This document shows, piece after piece, positions 12,426-23,994 of a stretch of DNA of 64,000 nt. This DNA is from Azolla caroliniana. Lineage: Eukaryota; Plantae; Polypodiophyta. The notes below the pieces were generated by a model that saw only the letters and a program-made list of their open reading frames with translations, was not told the DNA's origin and did no database searches. Made by a program: the position numbers and the translations under genes. The DNA is taken from positions 13,578,001 to 13,642,000 of the forward strand of contig JBHGNT010000011.1 in assembly GCA_043228905.1 (NCBI GenBank), written 5' to 3'. Within the stretch, counting starts at the first letter, position 1. Each line of letters begins with the position of its first letter.

Positions 12426-13412
12426 CCAGCAAAAATAGGAGCTTCCAGCGAAAACCTGCAAACTGAGTGCTGGTATTGTGGAAAGCATGGCCACTTTGAA
12501 GCCGAGGGTCGGAAGAAGAAGAATGACTCAACTGCCTCACCCAAGCAGCAAACAAACTATGTTGTGATGGCCGACATAGAAAATAAAGGGCCGATGTTTG
12601 TTATGCGACACCGAGCGAAGAATGTTACCCGACCGACAAAGGAGTTAAAGACCAGAATGTGAAAGGTATTGTTATTCGGAATCTATTTTAATTAAGTAGA
12701 ATAGATTATAATTAAGTAGTGAACGAACGGACCGGAATCAGTATGCCGATCCGGATTCAGACCAGTTCCGAACAGGTGCCGGTTGGCACCGTTTTGTACT
12801 CAGCACCAGTGACCTATATAAAGGCCTGATTATAATGTAAAACTTTAACGGAGAGTTAATATAAGCTTCTTGTTTTATCTTCACGTATTGATTATCGTTC
12901 TGTAATAATTGTTATACCTTACGCGTGTATTAAGTGAATGCGATATTACTAAGTAGCCAATTAAGTCGGATTAATCGTTGTGTCTTAAGTTATCTCGCCG
13001 TAAGACCCCTTTGGTGAAGTGTCTTCCGTAGACACCCTGTGTTAGGCCATTGTCCGGCCCTAAGGATTAACACAGTTTTTGGTGACCACGATTCCTGCAC
13101 AATCGCAGCGAACATCGGCAGGAATGGATGACGCGACCAACGAACGACCCGGTTATGGAGCGAGCAAGGAGACTTGCTGAACGGCTAAGGAAGCGAGAGG
13201 CTTTCTAGCAAGTGGCTGAAGAAATCAGAGCGGATCGCTCATTTTCCAAGGTGATCCGGAGAGTGGCCAAGGAGTCACTTCGGTTACCACAAAACGACTA
13301 CTCGGACGAAGGAAGCAGCCTAAGCAGCCTCCGGGAAGCGCAATCCCTTCTCCATGCATTGGCAGCGGGGGAAGGAAAATCTGAAGCATTTTCGGCATTT
13401 GAATCGGGTTCA

Positions 13413-13638
13413 GACTGGGAAAGACCTCCAACGCCGACAGAGGAGGAACGACCACCGACACCACTAGCCTGTGTACTGACACCAGACGACGATATGCCGT
13501 TCCAATATCCCAGATACCGACGGCGACAAACGACTGGGAAAGACCTCCAACGCCGACAGAGGAGGAACGACCACCGACACCACTAGCCTGTGTACTGACA
13601 CCAGACGACGATATGCCGTTCCAATATCCCAGATACCG
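13413..13638 (+). repeat. ~107-bp near-tandem duplication in gag of element B
   Basis: GACTGGGAAAGACCTCC...CCCAGATACCG at 13413-13519 and 13532-13638, with a 12-bp spacer. Confidence 0.9.
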
Positions 13639-14980
13639 GGATGATCCGAACGCGGAAGCCCACGTCCATACGTTTCAACAGACCTAGGAGGCAAACCATG
13701 TGTCCCAACGCTTAAATGCAGCCGAAGAGGAACGCTCAAAAAGGGCAGTATGAGAGATACAACCGGGATCACTCCCCTAGTTACAACCAATGACGGGACA
13801 ACTATGGCAAGTATGATGACCAACACCGTCAATTTTACCGAAACAAAAGGAATTTCAACAAGAAACGTCATTTCAAAAAAAGGGGGGGTCATCCACGGGA
13901 ACCGGAAAAGGGCGCTCCAAGCAACCAACCAAACCAAAACCAAGCACTTACCACAGGACCTCCACCAAGCACACACGCTGAATCCAGCAACACCCGGAAG
14001 CCGTACTGCTATTATTGCTAGCAAGAAGGCCACTATAGTAATCAATGTCCGACGAAGAGCTACGACAAGCGACCAGCGGTGAACATGGTAGACACGGAAG
14101 TCGCGGACATACAACAAGTCACTACAAGATCAAAAGGCAAAGCCACGGAGTGGGAAGCTCAAGAAGCCATCCGGAAGCAGGCAACCGAATGGGTGAAGAA
14201 GGAAAATGAGCGGAATGCGGCAGAGCTCGAACAACAAAAGGAGAATGCCGAAGAGCTCACCGGCTCGGGGCAGCCCGAAAACCCAACCTGGCAGGCGTTA
14301 CAAGATTGCCAAATAACGCTGCCGTTAGGCCGGCTATTGCAACTGGTACCACGCTTCACAGAAGGACTGAAGACAGGAAGGACGGCAGCCGACACACCAC
14401 CGGCTCTGGCATTCTTTTCAAATCCGGAGGAAGGACCGGCAGTGGTGGACACGAGCAGTCCGGCAATCACAACCATCGTGAAAGGAAATGAGCTACCGGG
14501 CACGATTATTGATGGAGGATCCGGCGTGAACGTGATCAGCCTCCAAACGTGTAACACTCTAGGAATCCATGACTGGGAATCGTGCCCGTTTTGACTTCGG
14601 ATGGCGGACACAAGCTCAGTACAGCCGACCGGGTTAATACGTGATCTGGAAGTTACCATCGGGGGTCACACATTTCGCATTTCCCCAGTAGTTCTCCAGC
14701 TACAGGCTCATGGAGCTTACCCACTATTGTTGGAACGCCCTTGGTTAAAAACAACACACATCAAGCAAAACTGGAGGAAGAATATAATTACGTTCCAGCG
14801 TGGAAAAGCGAAAGTACAAGTACCGACTCAACCACGATCCGGTATCGGCAAGGAATCGACGCCGCTAAATGCGGAATGTGTCAACATGCTGGAAGGATGG
14901 GCGGACGAAGAGATCGATCAGTACTTACAGGAAAATCCGAAGATCGTACCTCTGTTCGAGATTGATGTAGCCGAAGTAGT

Positions 14981-17670
14981 TGTTATAGGTTTTTAGGGTT
15001 AGGGTTAATGGTAATAATGATTGGTGATTGGTGATGGAGATAGACATGGTGATGGAGAGTATGATGGTGAGAGAGATCATATAGAGAAGCATTGTGGGGT
15101 GGGGGGTGGTGCCTAGAATGGCTCCACCCCCCTCCCAAGGGGATTCAACATTGAGAGGGAGAGAGAGAGAAAGAGAGATGACAAGAGAGAGAGAGATTGA
15201 GAGAGAAAAATGATCATTCATATTTCATTCATTCCCCATAAGGGGTTAAATAGTACAAGAGGGGGTAGATACATAGGGGTGTAAGCCCCATTGAGCATTC
15301 ATACTGGACACTCACTCATACCTCCTCGTATCCATCCACATGCACACACGTGTGCATGTGTTCACATACATATAGACTCACAACTACATTTATACCCCCT
15401 ACACATACACAACATCATGATAACATTCGACCCTCGCTCATCACACTTGACTCTCCGTACATCTCGTACGGGGTAACACAATATGGCACGCCCGTGGGAA
15501 AGTGCCTTGCACGTCGATCCCACATGCCTTGATGATGATATTTCTTCGACCGGAACTTCCATCGGTCCTTTCATTGATTGACTCCCTCGATCGGAGTGCT
15601 TGACTCTAACATCTTTGTCGATCAGAAAATCTTCCACGACACGAACATTCTCGTTCTGTCGACTTACGAACTTCATAAAATCATTCGGGTCGTCAAAATT
15701 ATGTTGTATGTATGTGTGTTCTTCCTTTAATTTTTGTGTGGGTTGTCGTGGTCGATCACGTCCATTTCTTTAGGTGGATAAGTTTTTAAATTTAGGTATT
15801 GTAGCCTGAAATTTTCTAAACCAATGACAATGCCCTTGGATTTTGAAAATTGTATCATGTACCCTCATGTTTATATAATTCCAACAATGCCCTTAGGTTT
15901 TTCTTTTTTTCAAAAGTAGTTTCGAAATTCCTATGGTTCTCTCTTCTTCTTCTTCTTTTTCCTGTCTCTGATATCATTCTTTGCTTCCTCTTCTCCGTTT
16001 TCTTCTTTCCCGCTACCAGGTTTACTTTTTCTTTCTTCTTGTCTGTTTCTATTCTTCTTTCTTTTTCCCTCGTTTTCCTTTCTGTCCACGTTGTTTCATT
16101 TGCTTCTTCATCTTCCCTGTCTTCTGTTTATCCTCTGATTCTTCTTCTTCATCAGTGTATTTTCTTGCGGTTTCTTCCTCTTCTTTTTCCTTCTTCCTTG
16201 CTTTTGTCTTCGATTCCATCCCGTCCGTTTGTCTGATCCGGTCGTTATTGTCTTTCTGGCCCTCCCGCCACTGTTTCGTTGTCCGGCCCGTCATTTCAGC
16301 GTCAACGTCGTTTCGGCCGTCGGCTGTCCGACAATTCCTATCACTTTTCAGCATGGTGTCGTCGTTCCGGTTGCTGTCTAGCCGCTTCTCGGGCCATTCT
16401 GACTGTCTGTCCGGTCGCTGATTTTTGCCGCCGGTACTTGTCTGAGTTCGACCCTATCTTTCCGGTCCTCTGATTGTTTGTCTAGCCCGTCCGGTCCGGC
16501 CGCCTCCATTTTCTCACCGTTTGGCCACTCTGACCGATATGTGTCTTTGCACATTCCAAAAATCGATGCAGCCCCTATCCGGCGGTTGCCGCTCTGCCGC
16601 TGCCACTGTACGACTGCTGCTCCATCCGGCGGTTGTCGTTGTATCGGACCGACTGGGCCGCTACTGGTCAGCCACCACTCTAGTTGTTGCTATGTGGCCA
16701 CTGCCATCCTATCGTTGTCCCGACTCCGTCACCGTTTCAACTGTTTGGCCCATTCCGGTCGTCGTTTGGCGGTTCTCTGTCCAGCCCGTCTGGGCACTAT
16801 TCGGCTATTCCAACTGCTTCGGCCGCTCCTCAGCCACTATTTGGCCCGCCCGTCCGTCGTTCCGGCTCCATCTCCGACCGTTGTTGTCGTCGTTGTCTTT
16901 TTGGATGTCTCTCGTACCACGCTTTCTTTCACACGCACATTGTCGTTAACAACACGCTTGAACATACATTTGTTGCGTATCCTTTTGCGACGTCCTCTCG
17001 GACAACATCATCGTGTTGCATTCCTCGACCTCGACGACTTCCAATCAATATCACCATTTCCTGCACATCGTCCATTTGATTTCTTGCACATTTCGTCGTT
17101 GCCATGTCTTTGTCGCATAGTAGTCTTCGACTTCATCTCCAAAGGGGGGTCGCCTTAGTGGTCGCCAAAAGGTGTTATAGGTTTTTAGGGTTAGGGTTAA
17201 TGGTAATAATGATTGGTGATTGGTGATGGAGATAGACATGGTGATGGAGAGTATGATGGTGAGAGAGATCATATAGAGAAGCATTGTGGGGTGGGGGGTG
17301 GTGCCTAGAATGGCTCCACCCCCCTCCCAAGGGGATTCAACGTTGAGGGGGAGAGAGAGAGAAAGAGAGATGACAAGAGAGAGAGAGATTGAGAGAGAAA
17401 AATGATCATTCATATTTCATTCATTCCCCATAAGGGGTTAAATAGTACAAGAGGGGGTAGATACATAGGGGTGTAAGCCCCATTGAGCATTCATACTGGA
17501 CACTCACTCATACCTCCTCGTATCCATCCACATGCACACACGTGTGCATGTGTTCACATACGTATAGACTCACAACTACATTTATACCCCCTACACATAC
17601 ACAACATCATGATAACATTCGACCCTCGCTCATCACACTTGACTCTCCGTACATCTCGTACGGGGTAACA
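14981..17670 (-). mobile_element. Element C: young non-autonomous LTR element; 498-bp LTRs 14981-15478 and 17173-17670; TSD GTAGT
   Basis: About 3 LTR mismatches by eye. GTAGT at 14976-14980 and 17671-17675. Minus-strand PBS TGGCGACCAC at 17158-17167. No gag/pol motifs and no PPT. Confidence 0.95.
15484..15528 (-). promoter_or_regulatory. tRNA-Arg(UCU) 3'-end-like motif at the PPT position of element C
   Basis: Sense GGCATGTGGGATCGACGTGCAAGGCACTTTCCCACGGGCGTGCCA, ending 5 nt before the 3' LTR. Confidence 0.75.
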
Positions 17671-20600
17671 GTAGTATCACCGTACATACTGCAACCAGAC
17701 GGAACCGACGAGGAACCGGATAAAGAAGCAATCTCGGAATTACAGCAAGCACAGGAGGCACTGGAAAAAGAAATGGCAGTATCGCAACGCGTGAAAGCAT
17801 TCCAACTAGAAGAGGTAAACCTAGGTACCACAGAGGACACAAGACCGGTGCACATCGCCAAGGAAATGACCCCGAAGAACAAAACGGCAATGATCACACT
17901 CCTAAAAGAATTTCGCGATGTGTTTGCTTGGTCCTATGAGGACATGCGGGGACTTGATCCTCAGTTGTATCAACACCAAATGCATCTTAGTAAAGACGCC
18001 AAACCGGTAGCGCAACGACGTTACCGGATGAACCCGAATTACGCAGCAAAAGTCAAAGAGGAAATCGACAAGTTGCTAAGAGTGGGCTTCATCCGACCGG
18101 TAAAGAAAGCCACATGGCTCAGCCCGATAGTCGTAGTACCCAAAAAGAACGGTAAGATAAGAGTGTGCGTTGACTACCGGAAATTGAATGCGGCTACGGT
18201 AACGGACGCCTTCCCACTTCCATTCATGGATGGAGTCTTGTATGCGATCGCTGGTCATGAGGTGTACAATTTTCTGGACGGTTTCAGCGGCTATAATCAG
18301 ATCCGGATGCACCCCGCCGACCAGGAGAAAACCACTTTTGTCACCGAATGGGGAGTCTTTGTTGCCGTAGTGATGAAGTTCGGACTGAAAACGGCGTTGG
18401 CAACCTTCCAGCGGATCATCATGGAGATTTTCAGAGAATTCATTCTGGCATTCATGCAGGTGTTCTTGGACGACTTCATTGTTTATAGCCAAGAAGGGGA
18501 TCACCTTCAGCACCTCTGACTATGTCTGGAGAAATGTAGGGTTTACCGACTAAGCCTGAACCCGGCAAAATGTGTGTTCGGAGTAACCAGCGGAGCGTTA
18601 CTGGGCCACATAGTGAGCAAGGACGGTATCGCAGTGGATTCGACAAAGTAAAAGCAATCCTGAAGGCACCAACACCAGCCACGACAAAGGCACTAAGCTG
18701 GTTCTTAGGACAAATTCGGTGGCATAACCGAATGCTCTGGTATCTGGCAGACCTGGCTACACCATTGCATGCCGCGGTACATCGGACACCATTCCGATGG
18801 ACGGACACAGAGGACCAAGCTTACTGAGCACTAAAAGTACTGTTGTCACAAGTGCCAGTGGTGCAACCTCCGGATTGGTCTAAGGAGTTCCATGTGTTCG
18901 TTGACACGTCTGACATCGCAATCGGGAGCACGCTTATGCAACTTACAAAACCGAAATGGTACCGGCTAGTGTATTATGTCAGTCGGAAGCTGTCCCAAGC
19001 AGAACGTAATTATTCCACAACGGAAAGAGAGGCCTTGGGCATGATCTACAGTGTCACCAAGTTTAGACACTATCTATTGGGAAGGAAATTTTCCTTTCAC
19101 GTAGATCATTCGGCGCTCCTCTACTTGGTGTCAAAAGCATCACTCACCGGTAAGCTGGCCCGGTGGATGTTACTATTACAAGAATTCGAGTTCGAAATAT
19201 TCCACAAACCCGGCATACAACATGTGGTAGCAGACTATTTGAGCTGGTTAGATTCCGGCGAAACCGGTGACAGCGTCCCAGACAACTTTCTGAATGCAGA
19301 GCTATTTAGAGTCATAGCAGAAACAGCAACAGATAGTACGGTCGTAGAGGAAGACAAGTGGCTCACCAACATGCACCAATTTTTGAGCACTGGCTTACCT
19401 CTGGAGGAGATGAACTGAGACAAAAGGAAACGCTTAGCGGTTCAAAGCCGGCACTTCTGTCTATTACAGGACACACTGTACCACAAAGGCGCCGATGGCA
19501 TATGGCGGCGTGCAGTGCACAGCAACGAAAAGGAAATAATATTGTGCAAAGCACACTACGACGTGGCTGGAGGACATTATGCCGGAGACGCTACAGCAAG
19601 GAAAATATGGCAGAGTGGATTATGGTGGCCGACAACATTGAAGGATGCAGTCTGGTACGCTAAAGAATGCGACTTATGTCAGTGAATGGGCCAACCAAAT
19701 GAACATGCCAGGATGCCTCACCAGCCCGTGCTACCATTAGAACCATTTCAGAAATGGGGGCTACGGATTACTGCACAAAATGGCTGGAAGCCAAAGCACT
19801 ATGCGACAACACCGCGGCATCCACGGCAAAATTTTTATATGAATGCATCTGGTGCCGGTATGGATGTCCGATAGAGCTCATAAGTGACCACAGTGGGCAC
19901 TTCTTAGGGCAAGTAGTGGAAAGTTTGACGACATTTTATGTGGTGGTGCACAAACGGAGCACTCCCTATTATCCGCAAGCCAACGGATTAGCTGAGTCAA
20001 CAAATAAAACACTACAAAACATCCTGCGAAAAATCGTCAATGAGAACCTGATGGATTGGGATACAAAGCTACACATTGCACTCTGGGCCTACCGAACGGC
20101 ATATAAGCCAAGTATCCGCACAACACCGTTTCGCCTAGCATTCGGATTGGAAGCAGTGATGCCGGTAGAGTTCCAGGTACTGAGTTTACGAATACAGATT
20201 CGGGAACGCCTAAATGAGAAGGAATCGGAAGCTATCCAGTTAACCGCGGTGTGTGAATTGGAAGAACATCGGTTAGCCAACATCATGCACCTAGAACTAG
20301 AGCAGCAGCAAAGGAAGGCGTTCGTGGATCATTACTGAAAAGGGAACGAAAAGATGTTCGGAATCGGTAAGCCAGTACTAGTACCGAATGGGTAAGATGT
20401 CGGGGAAGCTACGGTTTCGGTGGACCGGACCATACTAGATTACGCGTGAGTTCAACGGTTCCTACCAATTAGGGACACTCGCCGGCGAGGTTCTAGGTAA
20501 ATGGGTCAATGGGTTCCGACTCAAACCATACAATGGACCCATGCCAAGAAACTCATTTGAACAAGTAAAGGCCGACACAGAACCAAACACCGGTAAGTTG

Positions 20601-21150
20601 GAAGAGACGGCAACACGTTCAACAATCGGCAAGTGTGAAGCCGGTAAGAGGGAGCACGAGCCGGCAAACGACAAGAACGACGCGACGGCAAGCAGTCCAG
20701 CGGCCGGCAAATCCCACAATCCGGATAGGGGTCCAGTGGGACCGGATGCGAATTAACAAAACCATTTTTATCTTTAAAATAAAAATAAAAAAAGAAATCA
20801 AATCAAATCAAATCAAAGTAAATCATGCAAGGGCGAGGGGTGAACGGACACATGCAAGAACAAGGAGTGAACAGGCACTTTGAAAAGGTACGTAGTGGGA
20901 TATTAATAGGATATTAAACCGCTGCCACATGGCACATCATTCTATTTTAGTACTCGACGTGCACACGCGCGAGTCAAAAAAAAGGCGGCAACATGCAGCA
21001 AGAAAACTCCCACCGCGTGAAAACCTTCACATTTCACGAACAGAGGAGCACAACGAGCACAAGCGAGTGAAGATCAGCAGACGCGAGCCCACGCACACAG
21101 AGCCTCCTCAAACACACCCCTCACCAGCACTTACCGACCTCGAAGAAGCC

Positions 21151-23943
21151 ATGGAATGCCAAGCACTCTCTGAAGCAGCCAAGAAGTGGCTAAGGCAACA
21201 CAGGTTAGAAGGTTTCCTCACAATCATGGAGGCTCCACCGCACTGGAAGGCGGAGAAGATAGTAAAGGAGATCGACACAGAACTGATCACGGAGGAGGCC
21301 ATCCATGCTTTGATTGGCCTTCCGGAATGGGGCATCTTCACTATCGACAACCCTACCCCGGAGCAGCTCCGAAAATATTTTGGGGAATACTCTCTGGCCA
21401 GCAAGGCCTACCGGACACAGGGCGGCGAAGATCCACTCTTTCGAGAGATTGCCCGTGTGCTCCATGAATTTGGACATGTATACCCTCGACCCCCGTGCAT
21501 GCCTCAGAACCGGGCCAACTTAATCATAGTAACATATGAAGGCATGAAGGTGGACTAGCCGATACTGATTGCGGATGGCCTTTGTGCGGCCATCAACTCT
21601 GTCGGAGGCAAGGAGGGTCGGAAGATATGGATGGCAGTGGCGCAATGGCTCACCCTATTGGCGCCACCTATCGAGCCCGTCAAAACCACAAAGCGGGGAA
21701 GAACAACCGAAGTCACCCCGAAAACGGCCTCGAAACGGCAGCAACTGTTGGCCTCTAAGGCAACCAAAGGGAAGGCGGCCGACACGGACCAGATGGCAAA
21801 GGAGCGCGCCAATAGAAAGAGGCAGGCGGAAATGCAGCAGGAGCCACCGGCACGGCCAATCAAGATCAAACTTCACCGACCGGTTCAACAAGAGCCGGAC
21901 CCCTTGGCAGCAAAAATCAACATCGGAACTTAGGAGGAGGAATCGGAGGAACCGTTAGAGCACCTCCAGCGGCGCCAGAAGGCAAGCACCTTTGAACAGA
22001 CCGGAGAGCGTTCGTACCCAAAGAAGGATGGAACGCCTCTACCCCGCACTGAGCATCCTGCACCAAGGGTGGAACTGGAACCAGTTCGAATAGAACCAGT
22101 CATAGAGCTCCCTGCACAACAAACTATACCGGCGGGTCAGGATACAACAAGACCCGAAATACAACTGCCAGAAGTACAGTTGCCTACCCCACCGGCAGGT
22201 CAAGAGCAATCAGAGGCGGAGCAGCCAATGGAGCCGCAACCAGAACCAGAACAACAAAGTGGTCACTAACCAGAGACAAAGTTGTAGCTCGACGCAACCG
22301 GACAATACCGACCACTGGCCAACGACACCAACAGCCAACCCTCCGGGCAGACTCAACAACAGGGCACCGGCAACCAATGGCTCCAATGGATTGGAGAACA
22401 GATTGCCGGAGTAGTGCACTACATAGAGGCAGAAGAGAAAGCAGAGATGGACTGGTTGCTCGTCACAACCGGAGAACTAGAGATGGCCCGATCAAGGATC
22501 TGGAGCTTAGAACAAGACTTGGACCTGGCCACAGAAGAATTGGCCAAAATGGCCTTAACCGGACCACCGATCCAAGCACCGGTGACTCCGGTAGATGTAC
22601 AGAATAAAGAAACACTGGCACCTGTACATAGCAATAAGACCCCGGAGACGGAACCAATCCCGGAGATAGTGGCGGCGCAAGCAAGAGAGCTTGCTGAATT
22701 GAGGGATGAACTAGCCACACAAGAAGCATTACGCACCTGAGAGCGGGACTTGAAGAAAGCGGCAGAAGAAGAGCAACGAAAGACTACTGAGAACCTCCGC
22801 CGACAGAAGAGAACCTACGGAAAGGACATCATGCCTATGACCGGCTGAAGGAGGAGAAAGAGAAGGCGCTGCAAGAAAAGGAGAAGCTGCGACGGATGGC
22901 GGAAATAGAGATCGAAAGACTTAAAGAAGAACTCCGTCAACAGAAGGATCGGGAAGACCGCGCTTACAGGCAACTCAACCAAAAACTGAACCAGAACACT
23001 GATGATTTTGAGCACCTGCACCGAGACTACAAGCACCTGGATACGGAGCATAAGAAACAGCAGGAGAAGATGGCAAAGCTCCGGCAGGAGGTGCATCGAG
23101 TTGAGACGGCGCTAGTAAAGGAACGAGTTGAAAGAACCACGCTGCTGGAGGAAGCCGCGCAAGAACATATGGAGCTCCATAAGCAGCATTATGAAGAAAA
23201 GGAAAGAGCGACATTGGTATTGCAGAGGTTGCAGACCACCTATCAAAACCAATTGTCACATTACCGGGAGCAGGAGGCGGATACGGTGGCACTAATCAAG
23301 CAATTGAAGGACGAACGGCAAGCCGCGGAGGACAAATCGAAGATGGGATTGGAGCAGATCCAGTTCATTGTCCAGGCATGGAGGAACAAGACCAAATTGA
23401 CGAAAGCTCCACGCAATGGTGGGACAAATGGGCAAAGCACCGGAAAACCGGCAGAAGGATGGCGACGACTGCTACATGCTAACAAAGGAGGACTTCATCA
23501 CCATAAGAGATGAGTTAGCCGAGGATTTTGTAACTCTGGTGGAGGAACAGTCAACAGTGGTTCGGTAACTTGTAGCCCAGCTAGACGATGATCGACTAGA
23601 TGCTCAAATCCAGTTTGAAAGCTATGAGTGGACCAGGCTACGAAGAGAAGAAGCAAAGCAGGCGGCGACCGTCAATCTCAATGATGAGGAGCCATCACCG
23701 AAGCAAGGACCGAACGGAGACAAGGCCGGGGCAAGTCAACCGGAGTCAAATCCGGCAGAGCAACTAACAGATGAATCACCGCCACAACTGCCGGTATCGG
23801 GAGTCGAACAAACGCCATCTAAGGAGCAATAGTCGGAGGAGCCAGAGCCACAACGACAGCAGCCACAACAGCAACAATAGAGTTCCGAAGAACCATTGGA
23901 TACCCTGGAGCAGAGTATTCTAGATATTTTGGACGAAGGCTAA
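21151..23943 (+). pseudogene. Extra 3' ORF of element B (globular N-terminal domain, low-complexity linker, long coiled coil)
   Basis: Fragments 20929-21558, 21631-21933, 22069-22269, 22414-22740 and 22896-23513 are separated by stops or frameshifts. Homologous to the extra ORF of element E. Confidence 0.75.
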
Positions 23944-23949
23944 GGGCCG

Positions 23950-23994
23950 GATAGTGGGATTCGACGTACAAGGTACTGTCCCATGGGCATGCCA
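23950..23994 (+). promoter_or_regulatory. tRNA-Arg(UCU) 3'-end-like motif at the PPT position of element B
   Basis: GATAGTGGGATTCGACGTACAAGGTACTGTCCCATGGGCATGCCA, ending 2 nt before the 3' LTR. Confidence 0.75.

Larger units (their letters stand above)
13124..20540 (+). pseudogene. gag-pol of element B, interrupted by element C
   Basis: Protease IIDGGSGVN (14079-14594). RT WLSPIVVVPKKNGKIRVCVDYRKLN, FLDGFSGYNQI, FLDDF (17671-18519). RH FHVFVDTSD..ERNYSTTEREALG (18843-19418). INT PYYPQANGLAE (19754-20338). Many stops and deletions. Confidence 0.92.

Noticed and set aside
14990-15008. Telomere-like TTTAGGGTTAGGGTT
   Set aside because: Only about two units at an LTR end (telo-box-like), not an interstitial telomere.
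15850-17158. Hydrophobic plus-strand ORFs suggesting a membrane or env protein
   Set aside because: They are the antisense reading of a purine-rich low-complexity strand and have no signal or domain structure.
21151-23943. Calling the extra ORF env
   Set aside because: No signal peptide, transmembrane segment or fusion motif is visible.
23950-23994. Annotating the 3' motifs as tRNA genes
   Set aside because: Only the 3' third is present, CCA is encoded, the T-loop is interrupted, and there is no A-box or anticodon arm.
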